A stretch of DNA of 64,000 nt from Phoronis australis (taxonomy: Eukaryota; Animalia; Phoronida), in NCBI GenBank assembly GCA_002633005.1, contig NMRA01000341.1, positions 2,001 through 66,000 on the forward strand, in the 5' to 3' direction. Position 1 is the first letter of the stretch. Every line of letters begins with the position of its first letter. The position numbers were made by a program, and so were the translations under genes. Positions 13,301 through 24,955 of the stretch are shown here, piece after piece. The notes under the pieces are model-generated. The model was not told the origin of the DNA, did no database searches, and saw nothing but the letters and a program-made list of their open reading frames with translations.

Positions 13301-16300
13301 AAGTTGCTAATTAAAAATAAGCAAGATTGACCAATTAGAATGTTCTTTCAAATTGGTTGATCATTATTATGAGCGTGTGAACAAAGTTTTGAGAAATGTT
13401 TTGGATCTGGAAGAGACTTATGCTTACAACACTCTCCATGTTCTGGCGTGTGACTTATTTTCAACATGCAAACATCTTAAAAACAACTCACTTCATGCCA
13501 GAATTAGTTACTATAGCTATAAAATCATACTTTTGTGCCAGTAGAATAGCACTGTTGCCAAATTTTTGCAGATATTTTAATAGTTATCGTGCCTAACCAT
13601 CAATTCCTTCCACCAGACTTTGATGCGAAGTTAAGATGCCAAATTCGGAAATTCAACTTGGTTTTGGAAGGCAGATTTACTTCATTACTGCTTTAACACA
13701 ACAATAAAATTTTGTGATCACAAAACAAAAGAAAATATTAGTATTTACCTTTGAATGATATCAGCAATTGTGCAAGCAAATATCAGTAATCCCTCTGGAA
13801 ACTGGAGAGCAACTGAAAACAGACAAGTCTGAACAATTACAGTCATGCTAACATTATAACTCTCCATATCATTCAGAGGTCTAAACACCAAAAAATCATA
13901 CATGGACAATTTTAGCTTCACTGTTATTACTAAAAGAACTGTAAACAAAATAAAGATTCTGCAAACCAGTTACATTGATCCATTCTATTTGAAAACTAGA
14001 GAGTTAAGAGGGTTAGACAACACCCCACTAAACACAAACTGGAGAGTTAACAGTGTTAGACAATACCCCCATAAAATACAAACTAGAGAGTTAACAGGGT
14101 TAGATAATACCCCACAAAACACAAACTGGAGAGTTAACTGGGTTAGATAATACCCCATTAAAAACGTCAAACTGAACAGTTAACAGGGTTAGACAATATC
14201 CCACAAAACACAAACTGGAGAGTTAACAGGGTTATACAATACCTCACAAAACAAGCTAGAAAGTTAACAGGGTTAAATAAAACCCCACTAATCACAAACT
14301 GGAGAGTTAAAAGGGTTAGACAATACCCCATAAAATACAAACTAGATAATTAACATGGTTAGACAATATCCCCCAAAACACAAACTGGAGAGTTAACAGG
14401 GTTAGACAATATCCCACAAAACACAAACTGAAGAGTTAACAGGGTTATACAATACCTCACAAAACACAAGCTAGAGAGTTATCAGGGTTAGACAAAACCC
14501 CCACTAATCACAAACTGGAGAGTTAACAGGGTTAGACAATACCCCATAAAAAACTAGAGAGTTCAGGGTTAGACAATACCCCACTAATACAAACTAGAGG
14601 GTTCAGGGTTAGATAATACCCCACAAAACACAAATGCCATCTCAGTATTAGTGACTTGTTGCCAGCATGGAACACATTAAATGTTTTTAATTAAGGACAT
14701 CTTTATGAAAAAGTTTTTCCACCTCATTAATAACATTTTGTACCAATTTTTGACAAAAGATAATTGCCAAAATTGTCCATTTTTCATTTTTCAGATGCTT
14801 CTTACATTGTTGTTGTTTTTCAAAAAATATTGTTTGAAGGTAGCCATGGTTACAGAAAAAAAAAACAATAAAGCATTGATTTGTTGGTACTTATCTTTTA
14901 TTAATTTAAAACATTAGGAAATTAAACTTCCCTGAGCTGCCACATTGTTTCCCAGCAATAGTAGCTTGGAAAATGAAAATAGGACGGTTTTGTCAGTATT
15001 ACAGTGTAGTTGTGTCCAAAATTGACTGCATTAAACAAGAGCAACGTGGGGCACCTATGACTACAAAGTACACAATGTGCTTCTGATGACATTTTTAGTT
15101 TCATAAAAATAGCCATTAGATGGGCCAGAATATGCCAAACCTTTCCGAAATTGGGAAAGAGTTGTTGTCTATCTATGACAAAACTATTTGTCAAATTTCA
15201 TGAAAATCCACCAAGGACATCTAAAGTCATGCTCATGTCAGTAGGAACACATCTGCCAATTTTCATCACAATCCTTTGAGTGGTTTGGCAAACACAGAAC
15301 CAGGTAAAAAAGCAGACTAAAAAATAATTGACATGGTCACTAGGTGGTGCAGAATATATCAAATAATTGACATGGTCAATAGGTGGTGCAGAATATATCA
15401 AATAATTGACATGGTCACTAGGTGGTGCAGAATATATCAAATCCATCACACATTGGAAAGATGCTGCCATCAAGGAACCCAAAATATATAGCTGCAAAGG
15501 TAAAAAATAAAATTGCTACTGGGGGCATGGCAGTACTCAAGAGCCTTTCAAAAAGTCATGGGAGCAGAGCGGTAGTCAAATCAGTCCGTAACTCATGGTC
15601 ATCTGTTGACAACATCACAGGAACACATCTGCCAAATTTCATTACGATCCTGCAAGGTGTTTGGGAAATACAGTCAGACGTCAGGCGGCCAAACACAGAT
15701 GATGGCAATATGGACCCACATGTGAGCACATTAAAAACTGGATGGCCCTTTGATTATATTTCAGTTACCTTTCTTAGAAGCAGCAGACTTAATTCTCCAC
15801 ACTGTCTTATATATCTCAAAGTTGTAGTTACTTGGCAACTGAAAAAAATAGAATCGTGAGACACAAAACAGGTTACACTACAACCCATAATTAACATTTT
15901 ACTAAAGAATGTACATATCACTACATACTGATAAGCCGAGCTTAGAACTGCAGTGCAAAATGCTGATGAATAATATGTTAAGATTGCGATTACACTGGAC
16001 CATTGTAGCATATCGAAATAAACTCATTCAAATCTGCAATTTATTTCCAAACATTTACTACCAGTAAAGAAACACCAACTTCAGACAAAAATAATTGCCA
16101 AAGTTGCCCTGTCTCATCTTTCAATGGCTTCTCATAGAAGTTTCAACAAGAGCAATGTAGAACCTTGAAATGCCTCCACATCACTGCAAACAGTGTGCTT
16201 CTAGGGGTGTTTATTAGTGTCAAAAATGGACACAGAATACATCAAATACATCCCAAAATGGATAGCTGCTATCACCATCAGAACAGAAACCTACATTTCA

Positions 16301-19300
16301 ATAAAAAGAGTCAAAGAACTTTGAAGATACAGAATGCAAACGTAAAAACTAAATAGCCACTAGGAAGGACAGCAGTAGTCAGAATTGTCCAATAGACGTA
16401 GGAAACCATAGCCACATAAAATATAAAACCAAATCTTGCAAAATTTCACAAAGATCTTTCAAAGGAATAAGTAGAAACAGCTGAGGAAGCAAAAAAGACA
16501 AATATTGCCAACAGGAAGCATCACGGTTGCCAAATCCATCCACAAATCAATGTCTTTTTATTAGGAACAAAAAACACACTATAAAAAACAAAAGTAACCA
16601 CTAGGTGGAGCAAATTTATATCAAATCCATAAGACCATAGAGGACTATCGTCATCTCTTTAATAGAATCCTATTTGCCAAATTTCATGAAAATCTATTGA
16701 TGAACTCCGAAAGTATAGAGGCATAATCATATGTAAACAACTAAAACTGCCACTAGAGAGCACACCAATCGTCAGATTAGACTGAAACTCGTCATTACCT
16801 TTTTTAAACTCCACAGAAACACATCTGCCAAATTTCACTAAGTTCCTATAAAGGTTTAAGGAGATACAGCTGTGGATGCAAAATGTAACAAAATATCTGC
16901 TAAGGATGCTAGAGTACTCGAACACGCTCAAAAATCAATGTCAACTGCAGTCTCTTCATCAGAAACACAACCACCAATTTTCATAAAGATCCTTCAAGCG
17001 ATTTGGCAGATATAAAGGAGGACACCCAAAATGAACACGAAAATCTAAAAAAAACCCCAAAAAACTGCCACTAGGTCACGCAGAATCAAAGACGTCTGAA
17101 AATGTAAAGTTGTTGTCTTCATAACAGAAGCCTATATGCCAAATTTCATGCAAATCCATCCAAGAATTAAGAAGATACACAGGCAACCGTAAAAAAACTA
17201 AAATTGCCATTAGGTGACATAGCGGTAGGCAGATCGGTCCAAAAGTCATCGCTTCATAGGAACACACCTGTCCAATCTTATTAAGATTCTGCAAGGGGTT
17301 TAGGAGATACAGCTGCGGACGCCAGATGATGGACAAGATGCTCAGACAGAGATGTTGGCAATATGCACCCACATATAAACATGTGGGCGCACAAAGAAGC
17401 AATGTGGAGGTAGGTATCATACAAAACTTGAACATGGTAAAACATCTGTTGCTATATACATTATAGTTTTCAGAATAAACAGCATAATGTCGAAATTCAA
17501 CTAAGTTTCAGCCATTTATTTTTTATTTAGTTTCAATTACTAGCTACAAGCAAACCCTGGCAAATTTTTGACAGTCGTTGCTTCATACATGACACAGAAA
17601 TCACAAAAAATTACCGCGCAAATCCATTACAATTACCAGATAGATGCAATGGCGTCACATCAAACTCTGACAAAAACTGAACAACAATTTTATTGCAACA
17701 GCACTTTAATTAAACTGTCACATTAATACTAACAAGATGTTTATACAAGTTTTGAAGAGTCTGGTAGCATTCTGTTTAGTCGAGTATTTTAAAAACTAGA
17801 ATTGCTGAAGTTCATACCACAGTTTGAAATTTTTTAGTCACGTTTTAGAATTTGATCATTATTCCTTAATTGGAGTAAATTAATCATTACAATTGATAAA
17901 AAATGCAAAGTTTGTTAAAAAATTAAACAATACTTTGTAATATCAAATTGACGTTGATAAGCATGGAAGTTGTAATTTAACACTTTCTCACCAGACCAGT
18001 GTTGACCATAGTTGGATGTATGATGACCTTTGCTAAACGTATGACTGACATGGGTAAGATGACCATGAGTAGAGGTATGTTGGACCTTTGCTAAACATAT
18101 GACGAACATGGGTAAGATGACCATGAGTAAGATGACCATGAGTAGAGGTATGTTGGACCTTTGCTAAACGTATGATGAACATGGGTAAGATGACCATGAG
18201 TAGAGGTATGTTGGACCTTTGCTAAACATATGACGAACATGGTCAAGGTGACCATGAGTAGAGGTATGTTGACCGTGGGTAAATGTATTATCAACGATGG
18301 CTGGTAGATGTATCATGACCGTGATTAGATGTGTGATAACCATGGCTAGATGCATCATGACCGTGGGTGGATGTATGATGACCATACTTACAAGTGTGAT
18401 GACTGTGGCTAGATGTAACATGATCGTGCATAGATCCATCATGAACTTGTGGATGTATCATTACCGCGGGCAGATGTGTCATGTCTGTGGGTTGATGTAT
18501 GATGACCGTGGGTAAACGTATCATGACTGTGGTTAGATATATCACAACAGTGGGTGGATATGATGACCGTGGCTAGTAATACATAATGACCATCGATACG
18601 CAGATGTATCATGACCATGAGCAGATATATGTTGACCATGGCTAGGTGTACCATGACGGCAGTCAGATGGATCATGATCATGGGTATATTGACCAAAGGT
18701 GAACATATGTTGATCATGGGTAGATCTATTATGATGATGGGTGGACATACCATGATGACGGGTAGATGCGTCATGACCATGGCAGATGCATGTTGACCCT
18801 AGGTACATGAATGTTGACCACGGGCAGATGAATCGTGATGATGGATAGATGTATGTTGACCATCATAGATGTATGTTGAGTGTGACTAATTTTACCTACC
18901 TGTTTGACAGCATCTTGCAGGAGAGGGTTATTTAAAATCTCATCTGGAATTTGGTGTGCCATGCGCTTAGACAAGCCTACAAAATAAAATTACAATGTAC
19001 TGATCAAAAGAAGTATAAAAGATTTAGTGTTGCCAAGGAAAAAATAATCAAGAACAGCACAAGATGTTAACATGAACACACCACGTGCACCACAAATGGC
19101 AACAACACAAATGCTGCCCACAATTTCAAAACTTTCCAAACATTGAACAACTTAGCCTACGTGGTTCAATGGTACTCAGAAAATTGGCTGATAGATAGTG
19201 CCACAAAGAAAACAAAAAATTACCACTGCACCTGTCTGATCCACCCAATAACTGACACCAGTTGCACTCACCTTAAGAAACTCATCGGTAAGTGTTTAGC

Positions 19301-20444
19301 AGAAAGAGGCACAGAGCGTTTACAGGACTGTGTATATGGGTGACTATAATGGCAAGCCCAAGAAGCTCTGGGCCAGGTTAATAAATAAAAATTGGATCAA
19401 GAGTTTTTCCCATTGTCTGCAACTTGGGTAAAATGCTTTGCATTCTTTCAAAGCCTGTAAAACTTAACATATTTAGTCTTACTTCAATCAATAAGTAGAA
19501 AATGTGAATTGCTGTTTTATACAACTGACCTTATGCCCGGAATAGTTTTCTGTATACATATATGTTACTATAATAAATAAATAAATAAACATAGAGGGGC
19601 CCAAAATTTTATAAAGGTTGTTCAGCCTCCAGTCATTGACTAGAAATCTTTAATTAGACGGGAGTCATGAAGACACTAAACCATCTCCAAAATCTATTGA
19701 TTGCTCCTTTGGGAAAAGGCAAGCACTCGCAGAGCGCCTATGCTCGCATGAACTCCCGTGTTTGGTCAATTTTTTTGAAATTTGGACTCCCACTTTTGAA
19801 ATCTTGGGTAAGCCCCTGGATGTCGATCATGGGTACACTGATATAATGTTATGGCAGAAATCAAACTGTGATAGCATATAATACATCCACATTAACCATT
19901 ACGTAGGTGCATAAAAAGACAGACATTTCTGACACCAAGAGTACTCTTTCAATAGCAAGGGCAACACCAGTGAGGTGACACTCATGTTATTGTTTTCTAT
20001 TTTCATGCAAAATTATAAAATGTGCATTTTAGGTACTATACTTACTCACTATAAAAGATTCATACTTGACAATATAATATGCAAATCGGAAGCCATTGGG
20101 GCATTAGGACCATCTATTTTACCTCTCCAAAACCAGTTTTAATGTTTTGCAGCGACCACTTTGGACGCACTCCCAATACATCTGAATGTCCCGCAACCGC
20201 CACAAAAAATAGCAGACGACCTGTTAGAAACTCAACTTGTCCGCGTCTAATTTTTGGATGTCCCAGATAATTGAAAACTTGTTAATGTCAAGCTCTGCTT
20301 GCAATTATAACTCCAATACATATTTAAACAGAACTCAATAATTAGGCAGATTATTTCACTATAATTGTCTTCAATACCTTTTCCTCCACAGAACACCTTC
20401 TTGTAGCTTTTAGAGGCGGAGACAACAACGGCACTCACTTCCAT
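1283..20444 (-). CDS. DPH1: DPH1, 2-(3-amino-3-carboxypropyl)histidine synthase subunit 1 (diphthamide biosynthesis), 3'-partial; exons 20444-20378, 18976-18900, 15838-15769, 13812-13749, 11330-11209, 9989-9832, 9083-8965, 5143-5075, 4883-4727, 1383-1283
   Basis: Ten GT-AG exons join in consistent phase (1004 nt) and give diagnostic motifs [86 protein letters not shown]. The ACPRLSIDWG exon is not in the window. Confidence 0.97.
1640..4620 (+). mobile_element. Cluster of degenerate Helentron-associated (HINE/DINE-1-like) non-autonomous repeats, interrupted by an N gap
   Basis: Recurrent aaaattgccactagggg and ccaaatttcatgaaaatcc cores, (ggac)n microsatellite at 4093-4114, 3' tgtgggcgcataaaaa, 5' acaagagcaac...tgtgcccaca near 2804. 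Confidence 0.6.
3305..3849. other. Assembly gap (545 N)
   Basis: Run of N. Confidence 1.
4727..4883 (-). CDS. DPH1: DPH1 coding exon 9 ([14 protein letters not shown]...[15 protein letters not shown])
   Basis: ttacag acceptor, gtacat donor, conserved motifs, phase consistent. Confidence 0.95.
5075..5143 (-). CDS. DPH1: DPH1 coding exon 8 ([23 protein letters not shown])
   Basis: ccttcag acceptor, gtagtg donor, GDGRFHLES motif. Confidence 0.95.
6120..6680 (+). mobile_element. 3' remnant of a restriction-like-endonuclease non-LTR retrotransposon (HERO/NeSL/R2 group)
   Basis: Decayed [25 protein letters not shown]...ER....Y..L......GW......KVG.GGF, AE.A*CWLW..R. Confidence 0.8.
7756..7900. 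repeat. 36-bp tandem repeat, 4 copies, inside a HINE-like element
   Basis: aatggcttctaagggagg...gctgcagagaccg repeated. Confidence 0.85.
8241..8555. repeat. 18-bp minisatellite (gttggccttcaccctgRt), about 17 copies
   Basis: Directly visible; explains the repetitive ORFs at 8166-8601. Confidence 0.97.
8965..9083 (-). CDS. DPH1: DPH1 coding exon 7 ([40 protein letters not shown])
   Basis: ttgcag acceptor, gtgagt donor; contains the second Fe-S-ligating Cys (EILGC). Confidence 0.95.
9832..9989 (-). CDS. DPH1: DPH1 coding exon 6 (VPIDTT...[10 protein letters not shown]...[12 protein letters not shown])
   Basis: ttccag acceptor, gtatgt donor; lies within ORF 9763..9999. Confidence 0.95.
11209..11330 (-). 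CDS. DPH1: DPH1 coding exon 5 ([40 protein letters not shown])
   Basis: cataag acceptor, gtgagg donor; first Fe-S Cys motif YGACC. Confidence 0.96.
13749..13812 (-). CDS. DPH1: DPH1 coding exon 4 ([22 protein letters not shown])
   Basis: ttttcag acceptor, gtaaat donor, LQ.PEGL motif. Confidence 0.95.
13995..14635. repeat. About 41-bp minisatellite (aactggagagttaacagggttagacaataccccacaaaacaca)
   Basis: Directly visible, about 15 diverged copies. Confidence 0.92.
15769..15838 (-). CDS. DPH1: DPH1 coding exon 3 ([23 protein letters not shown])
   Basis: tttttcag acceptor, gtaact donor, NYNFEI.KT.WRI motif. Confidence 0.95.
16145..17400 (+). mobile_element. Apparently complete HINE-like element
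   Basis: 5' aacaagagcaatg...atgcctccaca, internal degenerate core repeats, 3' hairpin gcacccacat...atgtgggcgc. Confidence 0.55.
18020..18880. repeat. Degenerate ~21-bp minisatellite (agatgtatcatgaccgtgggt) and derived longer units
   Basis: Directly visible; explains the His/Met-rich ORFs. Confidence 0.9.
18900..18976 (-). CDS. DPH1: DPH1 coding exon 2 ([26 protein letters not shown])
   Basis: ttttgtag acceptor, gtaggt donor, QIP.EIL..P.L motif. Confidence 0.92.
20378..20444 (-). CDS. DPH1: DPH1 first coding exon ([22 protein letters not shown]); exon begins at 20453 after an acceptor
   Basis: tttgcag acceptor 9 nt before ATG, aag/gtattg donor, phase 1 matches exon 2; the N-terminus is weakly conserved, so the start is less certain. 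Confidence 0.78.
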
Positions 20445-21579
20445 AGTAAGTCTCTGCAAAGTAAACAAATCATTTAAACAAAAGTGAAGCACATGGCTAC
20501 AGCTAGGATTTAACAAACAGGCAGTCCAAAAGGGATTTTAACCCAGGGCTTCCATGACCGATGATAGGCAATTAAATCACCTGAGGACGCATCAGGGGTA
20601 CCCCCATAAAACTACTCATTTCAAAATAAAGCGAATAACATCAAATGAATCATGCATACATATGTATTAAGTTATAATTAATACATACCTGTAATCTGGA
20701 GACAATTTAGTCAACACAATTTGAACATGTCCATGAAAATCTGTCGAGGTTCACTCAAGCTTCCCCTGCTGATTGCCATTTTGAGGAAGTTACATGAAAT
20801 CCCTTCAGTTCATGAACAAGTCAAACAAATTTTTTATGCCTCCTGATATCTTCATGCAACTTTTTGCAAATGTCATCTGCTAAGTCTAACCACCTTTTGT
20901 GGTCTAACTCACATGACATCAATGGGGCTATTCGACAATCTTTACATTACTAGAGGGCGCTTGTGTACACTTAGGTGATAGATTAAGCAGCCTCCATTTT
21001 GCAAGCACTATAATACATGGTGAAATGGCTTGCAGCCCTGCCAACTGAATCTGAGATTGTGTGAAAAGGGGCTTCTATGAAAGGAAGTAAGCATGGTCTT
21101 ATAGAAAGGTAAGGTTTGTGATTATTCTAACGATTATTCCATGTTTACAATACTGATGCCTGTTAACTGAGGTACTGGCAGATGTCGACTTCGTGGCAGT
21201 CGCCAGTCGGGTCAATCTTTGTTTGTTGTGATGTGTGTTACGATACTTGACGTAGCACTCGGAATCTTTTCGCTCATCAAAGCAGTATTATCAGTGTTTG
21301 GAATGATTTCTAACAGGTTTATCAGTGACACTTACACCAATCAATGGTTTATGCTGTCAACTCGATATTTGTTGGTGAGGTAAAATTGCAATCCAAGCCC
21401 CAAGGGTACATGACAAATATCCATTAGACAATTTTATTTACTCCCCATCCTATGCCGTCCGGAAATGTATTACATGTTGATATGGAAATATATCATGTCT
21501 GTTTTCACCTGACCTTTGGTTTTTAGATTTGAGGGCAAGAGGAGATATGCATTGCTTCTGCAACCGTCCCTGAATAGAC

Positions 21580-23110
21580 AAATATTGGTTTTAAGCAGAT
21601 GACTGCAGCTAACCAGCAAAATCTTCCTATCCAGTGCAGATCTGTTGTCAAGGCCAACTTTCTATATCGAACAAAACGAACAAAGCCTTTGAAACGGGAC
21701 ACCTATTTTAAAAGAAAGGTAATGTAAGTTGTTTTGTCAATTTATTTAATATTCAGGTCCTTAGGGAGAGGTTGGCATAGGGAGTTGGGGTTGTAAAATT
21801 TGGTGCTACTGAATGTGTGGAAATAACAGGTAATAGTGTCCGGGAAAAGAGCATGTTGAGGTAATTCTTAACCTTCTTGAAATTATTTCAAGTTTCATGA
21901 AACTGTTTTGCTATCCATTATAAATCCATAAAAATATATTACATTTTCTGAATTCTCAATGACTGAACAGTCTTAACTCATGCCTTGAAATGTTACAAGT
22001 CATTTATAGGTCGTATGACTGCCATTTTTGTGAAAATTGCATTTTTGCTGTGAACATACGAGTGAGGTCATATTTGAACATATTATTCTCACTGCCAATA
22101 CGCAAGCAATGATGCCTTAGGATTTTTAATTACTCATTAACAACAGAAAGAATATCCATTATTTTTTAAATGACCCAAGTATTCATATTTTCTATTGGAA
22201 GAAAAATAAAAAATCGGAGAAAGGGTTCCCTCATCTTTGGACCATAAGTGTGCTTGACAGACCCATGAATCTAATCGGTGTTTAAAATTGCTGAAAGTAT
22301 TAAAAAACAAAAGGCTTGAAAATGGGTAACAAAGGTTTGAATTTGTCTCAAATAACTTGCATATTTTGCAGACAAGTGATGCGTTTAAAGAATTGTTATG
22401 GCTAGGAATGAAAAATAAAGACGCAGTTCTATACAAATCAATTATATTATATACACCCTTGCCTTCTGGTAACAGAAATTATTTAATTTTGTGTGAAATT
22501 GTAAAGCACTTACCATATCATATTTTGGAATAACTAGGGCAACATTTTTTACCCAACCTGACGTACTTAATTATTCATGTTTCAATATTTGTTCCAGGTT
22601 CAGTGACATTTTTAAGGCCACTTCAAGCCGCAACATAGACGAGCTATGTTACTCCTTTCTCTTCCCATAGCATTTCCACACACCAGCAGTGCCGCATGGC
22701 ACAATGTACAAGCCAGTGGCCCTGGAGAAATGTGAATCACAGTACCAAAGGAAAATGTGCCAATGGATTGTTGTGTGTGAAGAGGTACTATATATGACTG
22801 CTACACCAGCCAGCCTCGTTGGTGAGGAGGCCCTTTCATAGGCAATGAGTCGTGTGTGGACAACAATGGCTTATTTCCTTTCCTGGAAGAAACATAAGGC
22901 ACTGAAGCTAAAGAAGACCTAGTAACACTCTGGTCTAGTTCAGGGTCAGATTTTGGGCACAAAGCGAGTCAAGTGATATGACGTTGTGTTTACCTTCAAA
23001 GATCTAATTGTGGACGTTACTGAGGCTGAATGAGGTTACAAGAAGGAAAGCCACGTGCCGAAACTGGATCTTTTTTACAAGAGCTTCTATACACCACTGA
23101 AACTCGATCT
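21580..23110 (+). pseudogene. Decayed YqaJ/lambda-exonuclease-like (PD-(D/E)xK) gene, probably transposon-derived
   Basis: Stop- and frameshift-ridden motifs in the expected order: WF*...LTSKIF, TNKAFETGHLF*, CANGLLCVKRYY, LKLKKT**H...VQGQILGT...*YDVVFTFKDLIVD...VPKLDLFY. Confidence 0.6.
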
Positions 23111-23689
23111 CAGTGAAATGAAAACCAAAAACATCTGGTATAAATACCTGTCCTTTCTCACTGAGTGACAATAACTTTTCTTTTCAGAAGAATGGCTTTA
23201 TACTGATGGTAAAACTTCTCAATTTGGTACGCATTATGCGGAAATGATATTCAGTGACTGCATCGATTGTCTTATTGTCAGTAAAAAGCCTGTTACTGTC
23301 ACACTTTTGATGATCGAATAAATTTTTCATCAAAATACAAGTTTGTCACTAATTATTCAAACCACTATATTTCTTCAGTTTTAAAGCCCCATACAGAGCA
23401 GTTGTGCTGCTTCTTTATAAAGCTGAAGTCATTACCGATTACACTTGCGAATTGTCATTTTCCTGTTGGCCTACAGAAATGTCCAGCGATCAAAACAAAG
23501 TATTCCCTTTGTTTGCATTTGGTTTGTTTATGTGTGAAACCATATTTAGAGCTTTTTAAGAATGCCTTTGAACAGTTTTAAGTTTTGTGTTAACTTGAAT
23601 ATAACAAAAGTTCCACATGCACGCAAAGTATTTCAATCGTAGCTAGCTGGATAAGAATCTTCTATGCACAAGATTCGAGAATAAACAAT

Positions 23690-24955
23690 CTAGGAAACTG
23701 GAAAAAATGAAATTGCCACTAGGAGGCACAGTGTTTGTTGGATCCATCTGAAAGTCGTAGTCGTTCGCTGTCAAAAACTTCATATAAATACATTGCTAAA
23801 TTTAATAGAGATCCTTCAGAGGGTTTAGAAGATACAGCCATGGGCGTAAAAAAACTGCGAATAGGAGGCACCACAGTAGTCAAGGTCATCGGAAAATCAT
23901 TGTCCACAGTACGTCCTCTTAACATAAAGAACATACAATTTCCACAATCATCCTTAGAGTGGTTTGGTTGACAGAGGGGCAAAAGACGCCAAAAACAGAC
24001 CAGAAAAACAATCAAAATGGCCGCTAGGTGGCACAAAATACCTCAAATTAATCCGAAACCGGAGGATACCGTCACCCCACTAGATGCCTATCTGAAAAAA
24101 TTTCACGAAAATGTGTTGAGGACCTTTGAAGACACAGAGGTAAATGTAAAAACTAAAATTGCTGCTAGGGGACACTCCAGTAAACCAATCCATCCGAAAG
24201 TCATCACCTGTTGTCAACTTCATATAAATACACTAGCAAAATTTAATTAAAAACCTGTAGAGCACTTAAGGGGAAACAGCCATGAGTGCAAAAATAAACA
24301 AAATTGCCACTAGCAGGTGCCAGTAGTCAAAGTTTACGGAAAATCATGGTCACAGTAAGAACATATATGCCAATTTTTACAATCATCCCTAGCGCGGTTT
24401 GGTTGATTCTGTAGAACGTTTAGGAGATACAGCCAGGGGTGCAAAAACAAACAAAACTGCCACTAGGAGGCACCACAGTAGTCAAAGTCATCGGAAAATC
24501 ATCGTCAACTGTCTTCTTCATAGTAAGACCATACATGCCAATTTTCACAATCATCCCTAGCGCGGTTTGGTTGACAGAGGGGCGGACGCCAAAACACAAG
24601 ACTCGAAAACACTAAAAGGCCACAACGTGGCGCAAACTACCTCGAATCCATCCGAAAACAGGAGGATAGCGTCATCTCACTAATTGATGCCCAACTGCCA
24701 AATTTTATGAGGACGTACGAAGATACAGAGGTAAACGTAAACAACTAAAATTGTCACTAGGGGGTACACCAGTAGATGGATCGAGGTCCGAGATTCGTCA
24801 TTCATTGTCACCTTCATAGGAACACATCTGCCAAATCTCAAGAAGATCCTGTGAAGGGTTTAGGAGATACAGCTGTGCCGTGGACGCCGGATGCACAGAC
24901 AGAGATGACCGCAATAAGCAAATAATGCACTCACATAATGTGGGCGCATAAAAAT
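23690..24955 (+). mobile_element. HINE-like element, same family as in DPH1 introns
   Basis: Same core repeats; ends in gcactcacataatgtgggcgcataaaaa. Confidence 0.6.

Noticed and set aside
17915-18880. His/Met-rich ORFs suggesting a metal-binding protein
   Set aside because: Degenerate minisatellite; the true DPH1 exon ends at the donor at 18900
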